Below, one piece after another: positions 39,477 through 49,250 of a stretch of DNA of 64,000 nt. Under the pieces are notes generated by a model, which did not search any database, was not told the origin of the DNA, and worked only from the letters and a program-made list of their open reading frames with translations. This stretch comes from a bacterium (GTDB lineage Bacteria; Omnitrophota; Gorgyraeia; Zapsychrales; Zapsychraceae): positions 49,941-113,940 of the forward strand of contig JAUIER010000009.1 of assembly GCA_030429765.1 (NCBI GenBank), written 5' to 3'. Position numbers and translations under genes: made by a program. How positions within the stretch are numbered: the stretch's first letter is position 1; every line of letters starts with the position of its first letter.

Positions 39477-39505
39477 TTGACTTGCGCTAATTTGTGTGGT
39501 ATCAT
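39477..39505 (+). promoter_or_regulatory. lexA promoter, probably giving a leaderless transcript
   Basis: TTGACT-17 bp-TATCAT with extended TG; ATG begins 7 nt after the -10 box. Confidence 0.6.
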
Positions 39506-39511
39506 CCTCAC

Positions 39512-40111
39512 ATGACGCAAAAACCCAAACTTACCGACAAACAAAAAAACATACTCAAATTCATCTACCGCTCCATCCGGGAGAACAAGCTCCCGCCTAC
39601 CATCCGTGAAATCGCTACCGAATTTGGATTTTCCTCAACCGGCACGGTTCGCGATTATCTCAAAGCATTAGTCTCAAAAGGATATATCAAAATAACCGCC
39701 AACAAGTCGCGCGCAATTGAATTGGTGTCGGACGCATTGTTTTCGGTGCCGATTCTGGGGCGAGTGCAGGCCGGACTACCGGCGCTGGCCGTCGAGGAGA
39801 TCGAAGGATATCTGAACCTGGACAGTTTGATGTTTGGTGACGAGAGCACCTTCGCGCTCAGGGTTCGCGGCGACAGTATGATTGAGGCCGGCATCATGCC
39901 TGACGATTTGGTACTGGTCCGAAAGCAGAACGTCGCGCAAACCGGCGAGACGATTGTCGCCCTAATCGAGGAAGAGGCCACGGTGAAGAACCTGCAGAAA
40001 AAGCAGGGGCGTTACTTCCTGGAGCCGGCCAACCCGAATTATCAGCCGATCCTGGTGGACGAACATGTCTCGATCATCGGCAAGGTCATTTCCGTTGTCC
40101 GCAAGTATTAA
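39512..40111 (+). CDS. lexA: SOS repressor LexA
   Basis: LT.KQ, PPTIREI, SRAIE, VQAG.P cleavage site, GDSM Ser, ATVK Lys. Confidence 0.95.
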   Translation: MTQKPKLTDKQKNILKFIYRSIRENKLPPTIREIATEFGFSSTGTVRDYLKALVSKGYIKITANKSRAIELVSDALFSVPILGRVQAGLPALAVEEIEGYLNLDSLMFGDESTFALRVRGDSMIEAGIMPDDLVLVRKQNVAQTGETIVALIEEEATVKNLQKKQGRYFLEPANPNYQPILVDEHVSIIGKVISVVRKY

Positions 40112-40236
40112 TCACGGCTTCCGCATCACATCCCGCCTATTCTTTAGCTAACCAATGATTTTTCTAATTGTCATTCCGTCTGCTTCATAGCATAATACTA
40201 AACTCCAATAACAATCTGAACGCCTGGGTATAGAAG

Positions 40237-41481
40237 ATGAATATCGGCTATAAAATCCTGTCATTTTTCTCACACTACTTCGAAGAATTCGTTTACGCGA
40301 ATGTCGCAATTTTTAGTCTGGCTCTAGGTCTCACGATAATCAATCAGCTCAAGCGCCGGCCGATGGAGCAGAATATCCGGTCATTCACCGAGACGATTAT
40401 CGGCACCACAATGATCTGTTTGCTGCTGTTTGGATCGGCGCTGACCATTACGATCTGGTGGAACAATTACAACAGCCCGTTCATAAACTTTGATCTGCAT
40501 GATGAAATTTCGACGAACGTGGATTGGGTTGATGAAGATCTGACGGTTTACATCGTCAATGAAAATGAATTATTGGGCGTGAAAGCCAATGGAACCGGGC
40601 AGCATTCGGTCTTTACCAGCGACGAGAAAATCCGTGATTTTCAGTTTTCTCCGGATGGCCGGTATATGCTGATCGCCACGTATAAAAAATTATTTCTGTT
40701 TGACCGCGACTCAACCGAGCAGCAGCTGATAGATGCCGTTGATCTCGATAAACAAAACAAGAATCTCAAAGGCACGATCAGCGGGATTCGTTGGGCGCCG
40801 AATAGCCGTTACTTTGTTTATGAGCTAGCGCGCTGGTCCAAGTATGGATCCAAGGATGAAATCTTTGTTTATGATCTTGAAGACGGCAGCCGGCAGACCA
40901 TTAGCAGTCCCAAGCGCAAATTGTCCACGCTGTATTGGAGTATGGATAGTCAAAGCCTGTATTACCTTAAGAGTGATTCTCAGGAGCTGGATGAACGGGA
41001 GATCATTTATAAAATCAAGATCTACCGGATCGATATTGATGATTACAAGATCGACTTTGTGGCGGATATCCGCACCGATGATTCCAAATTCCCTCAGCAT
41101 CATTTTGACATGCTGGGAATTGATCTGTACCAGCCGGAAGATATCCTGACTTTCGGACGGGTGGGGGAGATCGGGATCCTCAAATCGCCCAAGGGGGCCG
41201 AGGTCGGCATCGACAGCCGGCATTTCTTCTATTACAAGGCCGGATGGTTCCGTAAGCGTCTGTTCAAGGTGTCCCGTGATGTGGACACGAGCAAAAAGCC
41301 TACAATGCTAAACACTTACGGTGAACACATTCTGCGGCAGATCCGCTGGACCCCGTCCGGTGATTACGTGATCATGGACCATCCGTACTGGGGGATTTTG
41401 GTGTTGGATCCCAAAAAACGGAAAATTGGTCAGCTGTATCCCTATGAAGTCAGTGCCTACGGCTGGTTTAGTAAAAAATAA
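40237..41481 (+). CDS. Membrane-anchored beta-propeller (TolB/PD40-like) protein
   Basis: Two N-terminal TM helices; FSPDGRY, WAPNSRY, WS.DSQ and WTPSGDY blades. Confidence 0.65.
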   Translation: MNIGYKILSFFSHYFEEFVYANVAIFSLALGLTIINQLKRRPMEQNIRSFTETIIGTTMICLLLFGSALTITIWWNNYNSPFINFDLHDEISTNVDWVDEDLTVYIVNENELLGVKANGTGQHSVFTSDEKIRDFQFSPDGRYMLIATYKKLFLFDRDSTEQQLIDAVDLDKQNKNLKGTISGIRWAPNSRYFVYELARWSKYGSKDEIFVYDLEDGSRQTISSPKRKLSTLYWSMDSQSLYYLKSDSQELDEREIIYKIKIYRIDIDDYKIDFVADIRTDDSKFPQHHFDMLGIDLYQPEDILTFGRVGEIGILKSPKGAEVGIDSRHFFYYKAGWFRKRLFKVSRDVDTSKKPTMLNTYGEHILRQIRWTPSGDYVIMDHPYWGILVLDPKKRKIGQLYPYEVSAYGWFSKK

Positions 41482-41538
41482 AATCAAATTTCTTGTTTCA
41501 GCTTCCAAATCTCGCTAAAATTAAAAGGAAATCGAATA

Positions 41539-41718
41539 ATGACGGAATTTAGTGACACACCTCTCAATCGATCCAAAGAAGACTACCTGCGCATTATCAG
41601 CAAAATTGAATCCGATTCCAATGTCGGAATCGATGCTCAGTTCACGCATGCCGTGATTATTGAGCATCTGCAGCGCATCGAAAAACGCCTCGACCAGATT
41701 GAAAAAAAGCTGGGTTAG
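41539..41718 (+). CDS. 59-aa small protein (below the ORF-track cutoff)
   Basis: AAGGA RBS; MTEFSDTPLNRSKEDYLRIISKIESDSNVGIDAQFTHAVIIEHLQRIEKRLDQIEKKLG; fills the intergenic gap. Confidence 0.6.
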   Translation: MTEFSDTPLNRSKEDYLRIISKIESDSNVGIDAQFTHAVIIEHLQRIEKRLDQIEKKLG

Positions 41719-41835
41719 AAATCTGACATATTTGGTGTCGATCCTGGAGAGTTAACCGCAAGCGAAATTCTCGTATTTTTCACGTACTAATATTCATTGA
41801 TCAACGCACGGAGTATGACCGGCAAGGAGGAAGAG

Positions 41836-42501
41836 ATGAAAAATTCATGGCTCGTTTGGGTATTTGTTGTCGGCGTGGTTATCACCATGTTGTTCGCGTT
41901 TAATTATCAGGGATCACAGGACACGGTTCCTTTAAGTGAAATTTTTCCGGAGACCGAAACGTATCCGGTTGATATCGAATTTGTGGACAGCGATGGGACC
42001 ATTGAAGATGTTCGGGACTCCGCGCCTACGGAAGAAGTGACCAAGGTTGACCGCTCTCTCGTCGAGAAAACACGTCGTTTCGAAGAAAAGATCAAACCGA
42101 TCGCCAAGCCGCCGATTGCTGTTATGGAGAACGAGCAGGTGGTGGTGAAAAAGCCTGAGCCGGCTCCCGTGCCTGCTCCGGTCGTTGAAAAAGTCGAAGC
42201 GCCTAAGCCTGTGCCTGTCGCGGCCGCGCCGGAGAAAAAATCGATCGACGTTGTTGAAATGAAAGGGACACCGTACACGATTCAAGTCGCTTCATTCAAG
42301 GACAAAGCCAAGGCGCAGAAGAAAGTCGAGGAAGTGCAGAAGAAAGACTACTCCGCGTTTCTCGCCGCCAAGGATATCAAAGGGAAGGGAACGTATTACC
42401 GGGTGTATATCGGCAAATTCGAAAACAAAGCTGACGCCGATCAGCATTTGACCAAGGTCAAAAAAGATTACGCCGGAAGTTTTATTATTACGCCCAAGTA
42501 A
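41836..42501 (+). CDS. SPOR domain protein
   Basis: N-terminal TM, Pro-rich linker, YTIQVASF...YYRVYIG.F; GGAGG RBS. Confidence 0.85.
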   Translation: MKNSWLVWVFVVGVVITMLFAFNYQGSQDTVPLSEIFPETETYPVDIEFVDSDGTIEDVRDSAPTEEVTKVDRSLVEKTRRFEEKIKPIAKPPIAVMENEQVVVKKPEPAPVPAPVVEKVEAPKPVPVAAAPEKKSIDVVEMKGTPYTIQVASFKDKAKAQKKVEEVQKKDYSAFLAAKDIKGKGTYYRVYIGKFENKADADQHLTKVKKDYAGSFIITPK

Positions 42502-42520
42502 TGCGAAATTAATCTCATAG

Positions 42521-42587
42521 GTCCTCCGGAATGATCGGTTGCCGGTCCGTCGGTAATGCCGTCATTGTCATTCGGGAGGACTTTGTT
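42521..42587 (+). terminator. Long-loop hairpin, probable terminator
   Basis: GTCCTCCGGAATGA...TCATTCGGGAGGAC followed by TTTGTT. Confidence 0.45.
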
Positions 42588-42600
42588 GTGTATCGCGTCA

Positions 42601-44340
42601 ATGAAAATTCTTAACAATGATTTTGCCTTCGGGTTTTTTATCTTTGTCTCGGCCGTGCTGATTTTTGCCCACGGGATCAGCGTTCACGGATTTGAGTTCC
42701 GGGACGACGAAATTTTTTACTACAAAAGTACACATGAAATGGTCGAGACCGGCGAGATTATGTCGCCCACCTATTTCGGTGAGGACCGTTTTCAAAAGCC
42801 GATTTTATTCTACTGGCTGATTCTACTTTCCTACAAAATTTTCGGACTAAATTGGTTTGCGGCGAGAGCCGTTTCAGTGCTGTTTGCCGCCTTAACACTG
42901 GTCGTTACGTGGCTGATTGCCAAGCGTCTGTATGATCGGCGCGTGGCGGGCCTAAGCGCGCTGATGCTGGCGACAATTCCCTTATTTGTGCGCCATGCCC
43001 GTAATGCCGTACCTGATATGGCCTTGAATTTCTTTATTGTGCTGGCCGTGTACTGCTTCATTGAGTGGATCATGGGGAATAAATCCAACCGGTGGCGCAT
43101 TGGATTCTTTGTCGCGTGCGGATTAGGATTCATGATCAAGGGATTTGCCGCCCTGCTGGTGCCATTCATGACCGTCCTGGGATATGCCGCCTTTGTCCGT
43201 CGGGGAGATGTGCTGCGTCGGTTGCGATTCGGACAGGGGATGCTCATCATTCTGACGATTGTCCTGCCGTGGTTTTTGTACATGATCAAGATTCACGGGA
43301 GCGGTTATCTGGACTACATGTGGTCGCATGAAACCATGGGACGGCTGATGCATGTGAAGGAAGGTAACCCGATTCTGATCAAGATTCGGACCTTCGTTGA
43401 GCACTTGATCTTTTACGTCCAGGTATTCTTCCAGCAATTTATGCCGTGGAGCCTTTTTTGCGCTATTGGAGTACTATATTCGTTCAGGCATATCAAACCC
43501 AGCCGCCGGGACTTTGAGCCTTTCGTTATCCTGGTCGGATGGATGGCGGGCGTGTTTGGTTTCTTTTCTTTCATGTATTTTACGATCAGTCACTACTTGC
43601 TGACAATCACGACACCCGCCGCCATTCTAGCCGGTCATTTTTTTCTGCGGGCCATCGAACCAGCCGGATGGTTAGACAGGTTCTGTCTGTGGGGGCGGCG
43701 ATATATGCCGATTATCGCGGGGGTGTTCATAGCGGTTGTATATGTGTTTATTCTGACCTTTATCGCCGGCGTGTCACCGCTGTATTTTCTGTCGATGGCG
43801 TTATTTTTTGCGGTATGTCTGGTGGTGATGGTGAGGGGCCAAAACCGTATCCGCGGTCCGCTATTTCTGGGCTTTTTTCTGCTGATCATTGTGTTTCAAT
43901 CACCGATGCTCTCTCAGTTGGGGTTGACGTCACATTTGAGCCTGCGTCAGTTTGCCGCGGCCATCGATCAGGATTCACCCGAGCCGTATCACGTGGCGGT
44001 GGCCAGTCATGATATTCATGAGAAGGAGTTTCAGGTTTATGTACCGGATGTCAAGATCGACAAAATCGCCAAGGATATGGATCAATACAACCGCTATATG
44101 ATCCCGATCTATCTGGTTAAAAAGCAAAGAGTTTATTGTTTGCTGACAGAAAAAGACTATAATAAGTATTTAAATCCCATATATGAAGACTTCAATGTGA
44201 TCCATAAAGAGACGATGTTGCGCAAACGGCTCGATCTGGATGCCGGGTTCATCCGTGCTCTGATCAGATTTGACCGCCAACGGATTTACGAATATTTTAT
44301 GGAGCAGGTTGTTTTAATCATGAGAGAGAAGCGTGTCTGA
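42601..44340 (+). CDS. ArnT-like (GT83/PMT family) membrane glycosyltransferase
   Basis: DE..Y, RFQKPILFYW, PDM, MIKG, LPWF; many TM segments. Confidence 0.82.
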   Translation: MKILNNDFAFGFFIFVSAVLIFAHGISVHGFEFRDDEIFYYKSTHEMVETGEIMSPTYFGEDRFQKPILFYWLILLSYKIFGLNWFAARAVSVLFAALTLVVTWLIAKRLYDRRVAGLSALMLATIPLFVRHARNAVPDMALNFFIVLAVYCFIEWIMGNKSNRWRIGFFVACGLGFMIKGFAALLVPFMTVLGYAAFVRRGDVLRRLRFGQGMLIILTIVLPWFLYMIKIHGSGYLDYMWSHETMGRLMHVKEGNPILIKIRTFVEHLIFYVQVFFQQFMPWSLFCAIGVLYSFRHIKPSRRDFEPFVILVGWMAGVFGFFSFMYFTISHYLLTITTPAAILAGHFFLRAIEPAGWLDRFCLWGRRYMPIIAGVFIAVVYVFILTFIAGVSPLYFLSMALFFAVCLVVMVRGQNRIRGPLFLGFFLLIIVFQSPMLSQLGLTSHLSLRQFAAAIDQDSPEPYHVAVASHDIHEKEFQVYVPDVKIDKIAKDMDQYNRYMIPIYLVKKQRVYCLLTEKDYNKYLNPIYEDFNVIHKETMLRKRLDLDAGFIRALIRFDRQRIYEYFMEQVVLIMREKRV

Positions 44341-45061
44341 CAAACAAACTCAATCCAAAGAAGCCGAGATTTGCCAATATTCCATTGTGGTGCCGGTCTA
44401 CAACGAAGATGATTCCCTGGGGCCGCTGTTGGCTGAAATTCTCCAGGTGATGACCGGTTTAGATAAGTCATTTGAAGTGATCTTCGTAAATGACGGATCA
44501 ACGGATGATTCGTTGCCGACGATGAAGGTTTTTCAGCAGCGAAGTCCCGACATCATCAAGATCGTCGATTTGCCCGAACGCGGAGGGCAAACCAACGCCT
44601 TACGCAAGGGGTTGGACGCGACCCGCGGGGCCATCGCGATCACCCTGGACGCTGATTTGCAGAATGATCCGGCTGATATCCCCAAGCTGTTGAAGAAGAT
44701 GGAGGAAGGTGACTACGACTGCGTTTGCGGTTGGCGAAAAAACCGTCAGGATACGGCTCTAAAAGCGGGGTTGTCAAAGTTCGGCAACATTCTCCAGCGG
44801 ATGTTTAGCGATCTGAAGATTCACGACGTGTCCTGCACGCTTCGAGCGTATCGCCGGCGTTGTATCGCGGATGTCCCGCTACACTGGGAAGGTCAGCATC
44901 GCTTCATACCATTGGGGTTGTCGCTGCAGGGATACAAGATCGGTGAGGTGGTGTCAAATCACCGATACCGGCAGTACGGTCAGAGTAAGTACACTCATGG
45001 CCGGATTTTCCGGGTCATGACAGATTTCTTTAAGGTGTTGGAGACGAAAGGCAAGGCGTGA
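44333..45061 (+). CDS. GT2 polyprenyl-phosphate glycosyltransferase (ArnC/DPM1-like)
   Basis: SIVVPVYNE, VNDGSTD, TLDADLQNDP, GWR..RQD, HRFIP. Confidence 0.88.
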   Translation: MSDKQTQSKEAEICQYSIVVPVYNEDDSLGPLLAEILQVMTGLDKSFEVIFVNDGSTDDSLPTMKVFQQRSPDIIKIVDLPERGGQTNALRKGLDATRGAIAITLDADLQNDPADIPKLLKKMEEGDYDCVCGWRKNRQDTALKAGLSKFGNILQRMFSDLKIHDVSCTLRAYRRRCIADVPLHWEGQHRFIPLGLSLQGYKIGEVVSNHRYRQYGQSKYTHGRIFRVMTDFFKVLETKGKA

Positions 45062-45375
45062 GCGCGGGAGTTTTTCTGGGATTGTCAGCCAAGCAGTGGA
45101 TGATTGTCGGATTTATCGGTCAGTTTATTTTCGGCGGACGGTTTTTGATCCAATGGATTTGCTCAGAGGTCAAGAAAGAGAGCCACATCCCGATGGCGTT
45201 CTGGTACATGAGTGTCCTGGGAGGACTAATCCTGTTGTTATACGCGATCTCCATTAAGAACCCTGTATTTATTATGGGACAATCGATGGGGATGATTGTT
45301 TATACACGGAATCTTATGCTGATATCTAAGAAAAACAGGCTTGAGAAGCTATCTCAGGAAAAAGCTCAATCCTAG
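45058..45375 (+). CDS. Lipid A biosynthesis N-terminal domain (LAB_N) protein
   Basis: GFIGQ..F..RF.IQW..SE..K.S.IP..FWY.S..G, Y.RNL. Confidence 0.82.
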   Translation: MSAGVFLGLSAKQWMIVGFIGQFIFGGRFLIQWICSEVKKESHIPMAFWYMSVLGGLILLLYAISIKNPVFIMGQSMGMIVYTRNLMLISKKNRLEKLSQEKAQS

Positions 45376-45398
45376 GGTATCAAATCCTTGGATTGGAG

Positions 45399-45427
45399 TT
45401 GAATTTTTCGGCAATTAAAGCTAGAAT
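45399..45427 (+). promoter_or_regulatory. Sigma70-type promoter
   Basis: TTGAAT-17 bp-TAGAAT. Confidence 0.5.
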
Positions 45428-45465
45428 CAAAACGAATAGACGAAGACATCGTAGAAGGAGTTGTT

Positions 45466-45843
45466 GTGAAAATACTAGTCGTAGATGATTCATTGATGGA
45501 CCGGCGTTTGACAATGAATCTTCTGAAAAAAAATGACATCGAAAATGAAATTCTGCAGGCCGGAGATGGTGAAGAGGGGCTGCAGATTCTCAGTGAAAAT
45601 TATCAGGACATCGCCTTAATCTTGCTGGACTGGCAGATGCCAAAGATGGACGGTATTGAGTTTATGAAAGGGGTTGTAAAGGTCCCGGAAGTGGCCCAAA
45701 TCCCAATTATCATGATTACAGCATCAGGATCTGACGACAACAAGCGGGAAGCCCGCGAAGCCAATCCAAATTTGGCCGGTTATGTGGTCAAGCCATACAA
45801 GCCGGAAGAACTGCTTGAGCTTATCAAGTCTCACTTAACCTGA
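45466..45843 (+). CDS. CheY-like response regulator
   Basis: ILVVDDS, LDWQMPKMDG, ITA, VKP. Confidence 0.9.
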   Translation: MKILVVDDSLMDRRLTMNLLKKNDIENEILQAGDGEEGLQILSENYQDIALILLDWQMPKMDGIEFMKGVVKVPEVAQIPIIMITASGSDDNKREAREANPNLAGYVVKPYKPEELLELIKSHLT

Positions 45844-45859
45844 TTGCCTCGTAAACTCT

Positions 45860-46456
45860 ATGGTCAAAATTCCCTTAGATGATAATGATCAACTGGATGA
45901 GCGTTATATTCAAGCGCTGATGCTGGCCAGGGTCGTTAAGAGAATCCTCAAAAAAAGGGCGAATATTGATCTGTCCTCCAATCCGAAGTTTATTGTCAAA
46001 CCGATTGCCGAGTTTATGAACCGCATTCGGGTTTCCAGTCTGAATAAGTTTGATGAAACCACTTACATATCTACCATAAATTTTTACAAGACCCGTGGAG
46101 ATATGGAGAAGCATGATGCGTTGGGCGCGCTGATAATCTATATCGGTCAGAGCTACCTCGTTGAGTTGATTCGAAAGCTGAATTATCCGGACGTCGATGA
46201 AGATGATCCGGAAGCTATGCTCGATTCCATCGGGACCTTTTGTAATTTGATCGCCGGAAATTTCAAGGCGGGGCTGACCCAGCTGGGATATATCGAGCTG
46301 ATCATGTCTCATTTTTCCGGCTATGAAAACAAGGTGTTGATGGGGATTGAGTTCTCGCCAAATGAAACTCAAATGTATGAAATTCAGTTTGAGATTGATG
46401 GTCAGCGACGTATCGTCGCGGAGATCTCAATGGGGTCAATCCCGCTGGACAATTAG
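45860..46456 (+). CDS. CheX/CheC-like phosphatase-fold protein (degenerate)
   Basis: D.IGTFCNLIAGNFK..L resembles the CheX E-xx-N helix with Glu replaced by Thr; follows the CheY-like gene. Confidence 0.55.
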   Translation: MVKIPLDDNDQLDERYIQALMLARVVKRILKKRANIDLSSNPKFIVKPIAEFMNRIRVSSLNKFDETTYISTINFYKTRGDMEKHDALGALIIYIGQSYLVELIRKLNYPDVDEDDPEAMLDSIGTFCNLIAGNFKAGLTQLGYIELIMSHFSGYENKVLMGIEFSPNETQMYEIQFEIDGQRRIVAEISMGSIPLDN

Positions 46457-46504
46457 CGCCTAGCTCCAGAAATTAGAATTCAAAATCACAAGCAAAGGAA
46501 TCAT

Positions 46505-48136
46505 ATGTCACATCCGGATATTGAGCGGCTGCATCTTGACAAAGACGGGATCACCGAGGCCGAAGATATATTGCACAATTTATCGTATGAAGATTTGTTT
46601 CAGCATGAAACCAGCGACACGCTTGTCGGTTTTGAGCGCGGCGTTGTCACGGAGTTCGGTGCGGTCAATGTCGATACCGGCAAATTTACCGGCCGTTCTC
46701 CCAAGGACAAATATATCGTCGAAGATGACGTGTCGCGGGATACGGTCTGGTGGGCGGACGGAACCGCGGCGGGGTCTGATAACAAAAAGATGTCGATCGA
46801 GACCTGGAATCATCTGAAGGATATCACCCTCAAGGAATTAAACGGCAAGCGTCTGTATGTGATGGACGGATACTGCGGGGCCAATCCAGACTCCCGGATG
46901 CAGGTGCGGCTAATTACCGAGGTGGCCTGGCAGGCGCATTTTTTTAAGAATATGTTTATCCGGCCGACTGACGAGGAATTGACTAATTTCGTGCCGGACT
47001 GGACCATTCTGAATGCCTGTGAAACCACCTGCGCAGACTACAAAGATTACAACATGAACTCGGAAGTGTTTTGCGCGTTTAATATCGGTGAGCGTGAAAC
47101 GGTTATCGGCGGCACGTGGTACGGCGGAGAGAATAAAAAAGGTATCTTTTCGATCATGAACTATTATCTGCCGCTTCAGAATATCGGGGCGTTTCATTGT
47201 TCGGCCAATCTGGGCCGGGACGGAGACACAGCGCTGTTCTTCGGTCTTTCGGGTACGGGCAAAACGACGTTGTCGACGGATCCCAAACGTGAGTTGATCG
47301 GTGATGACGAACATGGCTGGGATGATCAAGGGGTCTTTAACTTTGAGGGTGGATGCTACGCCAAGTGTATTAATCTCTGTCCGGAAAATGAACCGGAAAT
47401 ATATGCCGCGATCCGCCGCGATGCGCTGCTCGAAAACTGTGATGTGGATGATTTGGGCCGTGTTGATTTTTCATCGACGGTCAAGACCCAAAACACACGC
47501 GTCTCCTATCCGATCTATCATATCGATAATATTGTCAAGCCGATTTCCCGGGGCGGACATCCGGAAACAATTATTTTTCTGACATGTGACGCCTATGGTG
47601 TGTTACCGCCTGTCGCCAAGCTTAGCCGGGAGCAGGCCATGTATCATTATCTCAGCGGCTACACCGCCAAGGTGGCAGGGACGGAGCGCGGTGTCACCGA
47701 ACCGCAGGCAACATTTTCCGCCTGTTTCGGACAGGCCTTCTTGACGCTGCATCCAACCCGGTACTCACAAATTCTTGGAAATAAAATGGACATGCATAAT
47801 TCGCGGGCTTATCTGGTCAATACCGGATGGACGGGTGGGAAGTATGGTGTCGGCAAGCGCATGTCACTGCCGGATACTCGCAAGATTATTGATGCGGTCC
47901 TGAATCTGAGTATTGAGGAAGCCGATTTTGAAGCCATGCCGGTGTTTAATCTGCAGATCCCGCGCTCGGTGGTAAATGTCAATCCGGATATTCTCAACCC
48001 GCGTAACGCGTGGGTGGATAAGGATGATTACGACGAGACCTGTCGGCATTTGGCTGAAATGTTTGTCAGTAATTTTGTACATTACACGGATACGGAAGAA
48101 GGGCAGTCGCTGGTGGCGGCCGGTCCTCAAATCTAG
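46505..48136 (+). CDS. pckA: Phosphoenolpyruvate carboxykinase (ATP)
   Basis: [51 protein letters not shown]. Confidence 0.97.
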   Translation: MSHPDIERLHLDKDGITEAEDILHNLSYEDLFQHETSDTLVGFERGVVTEFGAVNVDTGKFTGRSPKDKYIVEDDVSRDTVWWADGTAAGSDNKKMSIETWNHLKDITLKELNGKRLYVMDGYCGANPDSRMQVRLITEVAWQAHFFKNMFIRPTDEELTNFVPDWTILNACETTCADYKDYNMNSEVFCAFNIGERETVIGGTWYGGENKKGIFSIMNYYLPLQNIGAFHCSANLGRDGDTALFFGLSGTGKTTLSTDPKRELIGDDEHGWDDQGVFNFEGGCYAKCINLCPENEPEIYAAIRRDALLENCDVDDLGRVDFSSTVKTQNTRVSYPIYHIDNIVKPISRGGHPETIIFLTCDAYGVLPPVAKLSREQAMYHYLSGYTAKVAGTERGVTEPQATFSACFGQAFLTLHPTRYSQILGNKMDMHNSRAYLVNTGWTGGKYGVGKRMSLPDTRKIIDAVLNLSIEEADFEAMPVFNLQIPRSVVNVNPDILNPRNAWVDKDDYDETCRHLAEMFVSNFVHYTDTEEGQSLVAAGPQI

Positions 48137-48195
48137 CACGGATTAACAAAACCGTCAGCCGATTGAGGCGATGGTCGAAAATTACGGAGAGAAAT

Positions 48196-48816
48196 ATGGC
48201 ACAGAAGAACAAGTCAGTGGTGGCGGTAATCATTGTCGCGGTATGTGTGGCCGTCGTTGTGGGAGTAAATTATTTACAGGGACAAAAGACGGTTCAGTCG
48301 GCCCAAGGGCGGGCCAAGGGAAATCCGGATTCCAATATTAAGGTTGTCGAATTCATTGACTTTCAATGTCCGGCCTGCGCCTCCGGTGCGAAATTTCTCA
48401 ATAAGTACATCAAAGACAACCCGGATCAGATCCATTTGGAGATGAAATATTTTCCGCTCAAAGGTCATGTGCACGGGATGCTCAGCGCACGATTTACCGA
48501 ATGCGCGGCGAGACAAGGCAAGTTTTGGGAGATGCATGATAAACTGATCGATAATCAAAGTGATTGGAAAAAGTTAATCAATGCCTATCCATCGTTTGAA
48601 GTGATGGCTCAGCAGATCAATCTGGATATGACCAAACTCAATACCTGTCTGGATGATACACGCGTGGATGAGGTGATTAACAAGCATAAAGAAGAGGGTA
48701 AGCAAAAGGGTGTGCGTAGTACGCCGACATATTTTGTGAATGGGCAAATCGTTGTCGGGCCGGGCAATCTCAAAAAAGAATTGGAAAAATTATCTAAGGG
48801 AGCTTCAGAAAACTAA
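48196..48816 (+). CDS. DsbA-family thiol:disulfide oxidoreductase
   Basis: DFQCPAC, FPL, QGKFWEMHD, V.STPT.FVNG. Confidence 0.88.
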   Translation: MAQKNKSVVAVIIVAVCVAVVVGVNYLQGQKTVQSAQGRAKGNPDSNIKVVEFIDFQCPACASGAKFLNKYIKDNPDQIHLEMKYFPLKGHVHGMLSARFTECAARQGKFWEMHDKLIDNQSDWKKLINAYPSFEVMAQQINLDMTKLNTCLDDTRVDEVINKHKEEGKQKGVRSTPTYFVNGQIVVGPGNLKKELEKLSKGASEN

Positions 48817-49250
48817 TGTTGGCTGTCCTGAGAATCCTGTTTGGAATGATTTTTGTGGTATCGGGGTTTGAGAAATTGGTCTCTCCGTACCAGAACTTTC
48901 TGTATGTTATTCAAGGGTATCAGATCGTGCCCGCTGGTTTGGACGTCATCGTGGCGCAGGTGTTTCCATGGATAGAACTTCTCATCGGTTTGTTTATCGT
49001 CCTGGGTCTCTGGGTGCGCTGGTCGCTGATCGGCGGGATGGGAATGGTTCTGACATTTTTGACCATTGTCGGCCAGGCCCTTATTCGGAAATTGCCAATC
49101 GATGAATGCGGGTGTTTTGGTGAACTGATTTCATTTCCTCCGCAGGTTGTGTTTATGATTGATTCGGCGTTGCTCATCTGTGCGATAGTCCTGCTCAAAC
49201 GGCTCGACAAATCTTCAAGATTTTCATTGGACCGATACTTTAATGACTAA
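48816..49250 (+). CDS. MauE/DoxX family membrane protein
   Basis: R...G..F..SG.EK, P.IEL..G, ECGCFG. Confidence 0.82.
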   Translation: MLAVLRILFGMIFVVSGFEKLVSPYQNFLYVIQGYQIVPAGLDVIVAQVFPWIELLIGLFIVLGLWVRWSLIGGMGMVLTFLTIVGQALIRKLPIDECGCFGELISFPPQVVFMIDSALLICAIVLLKRLDKSSRFSLDRYFND

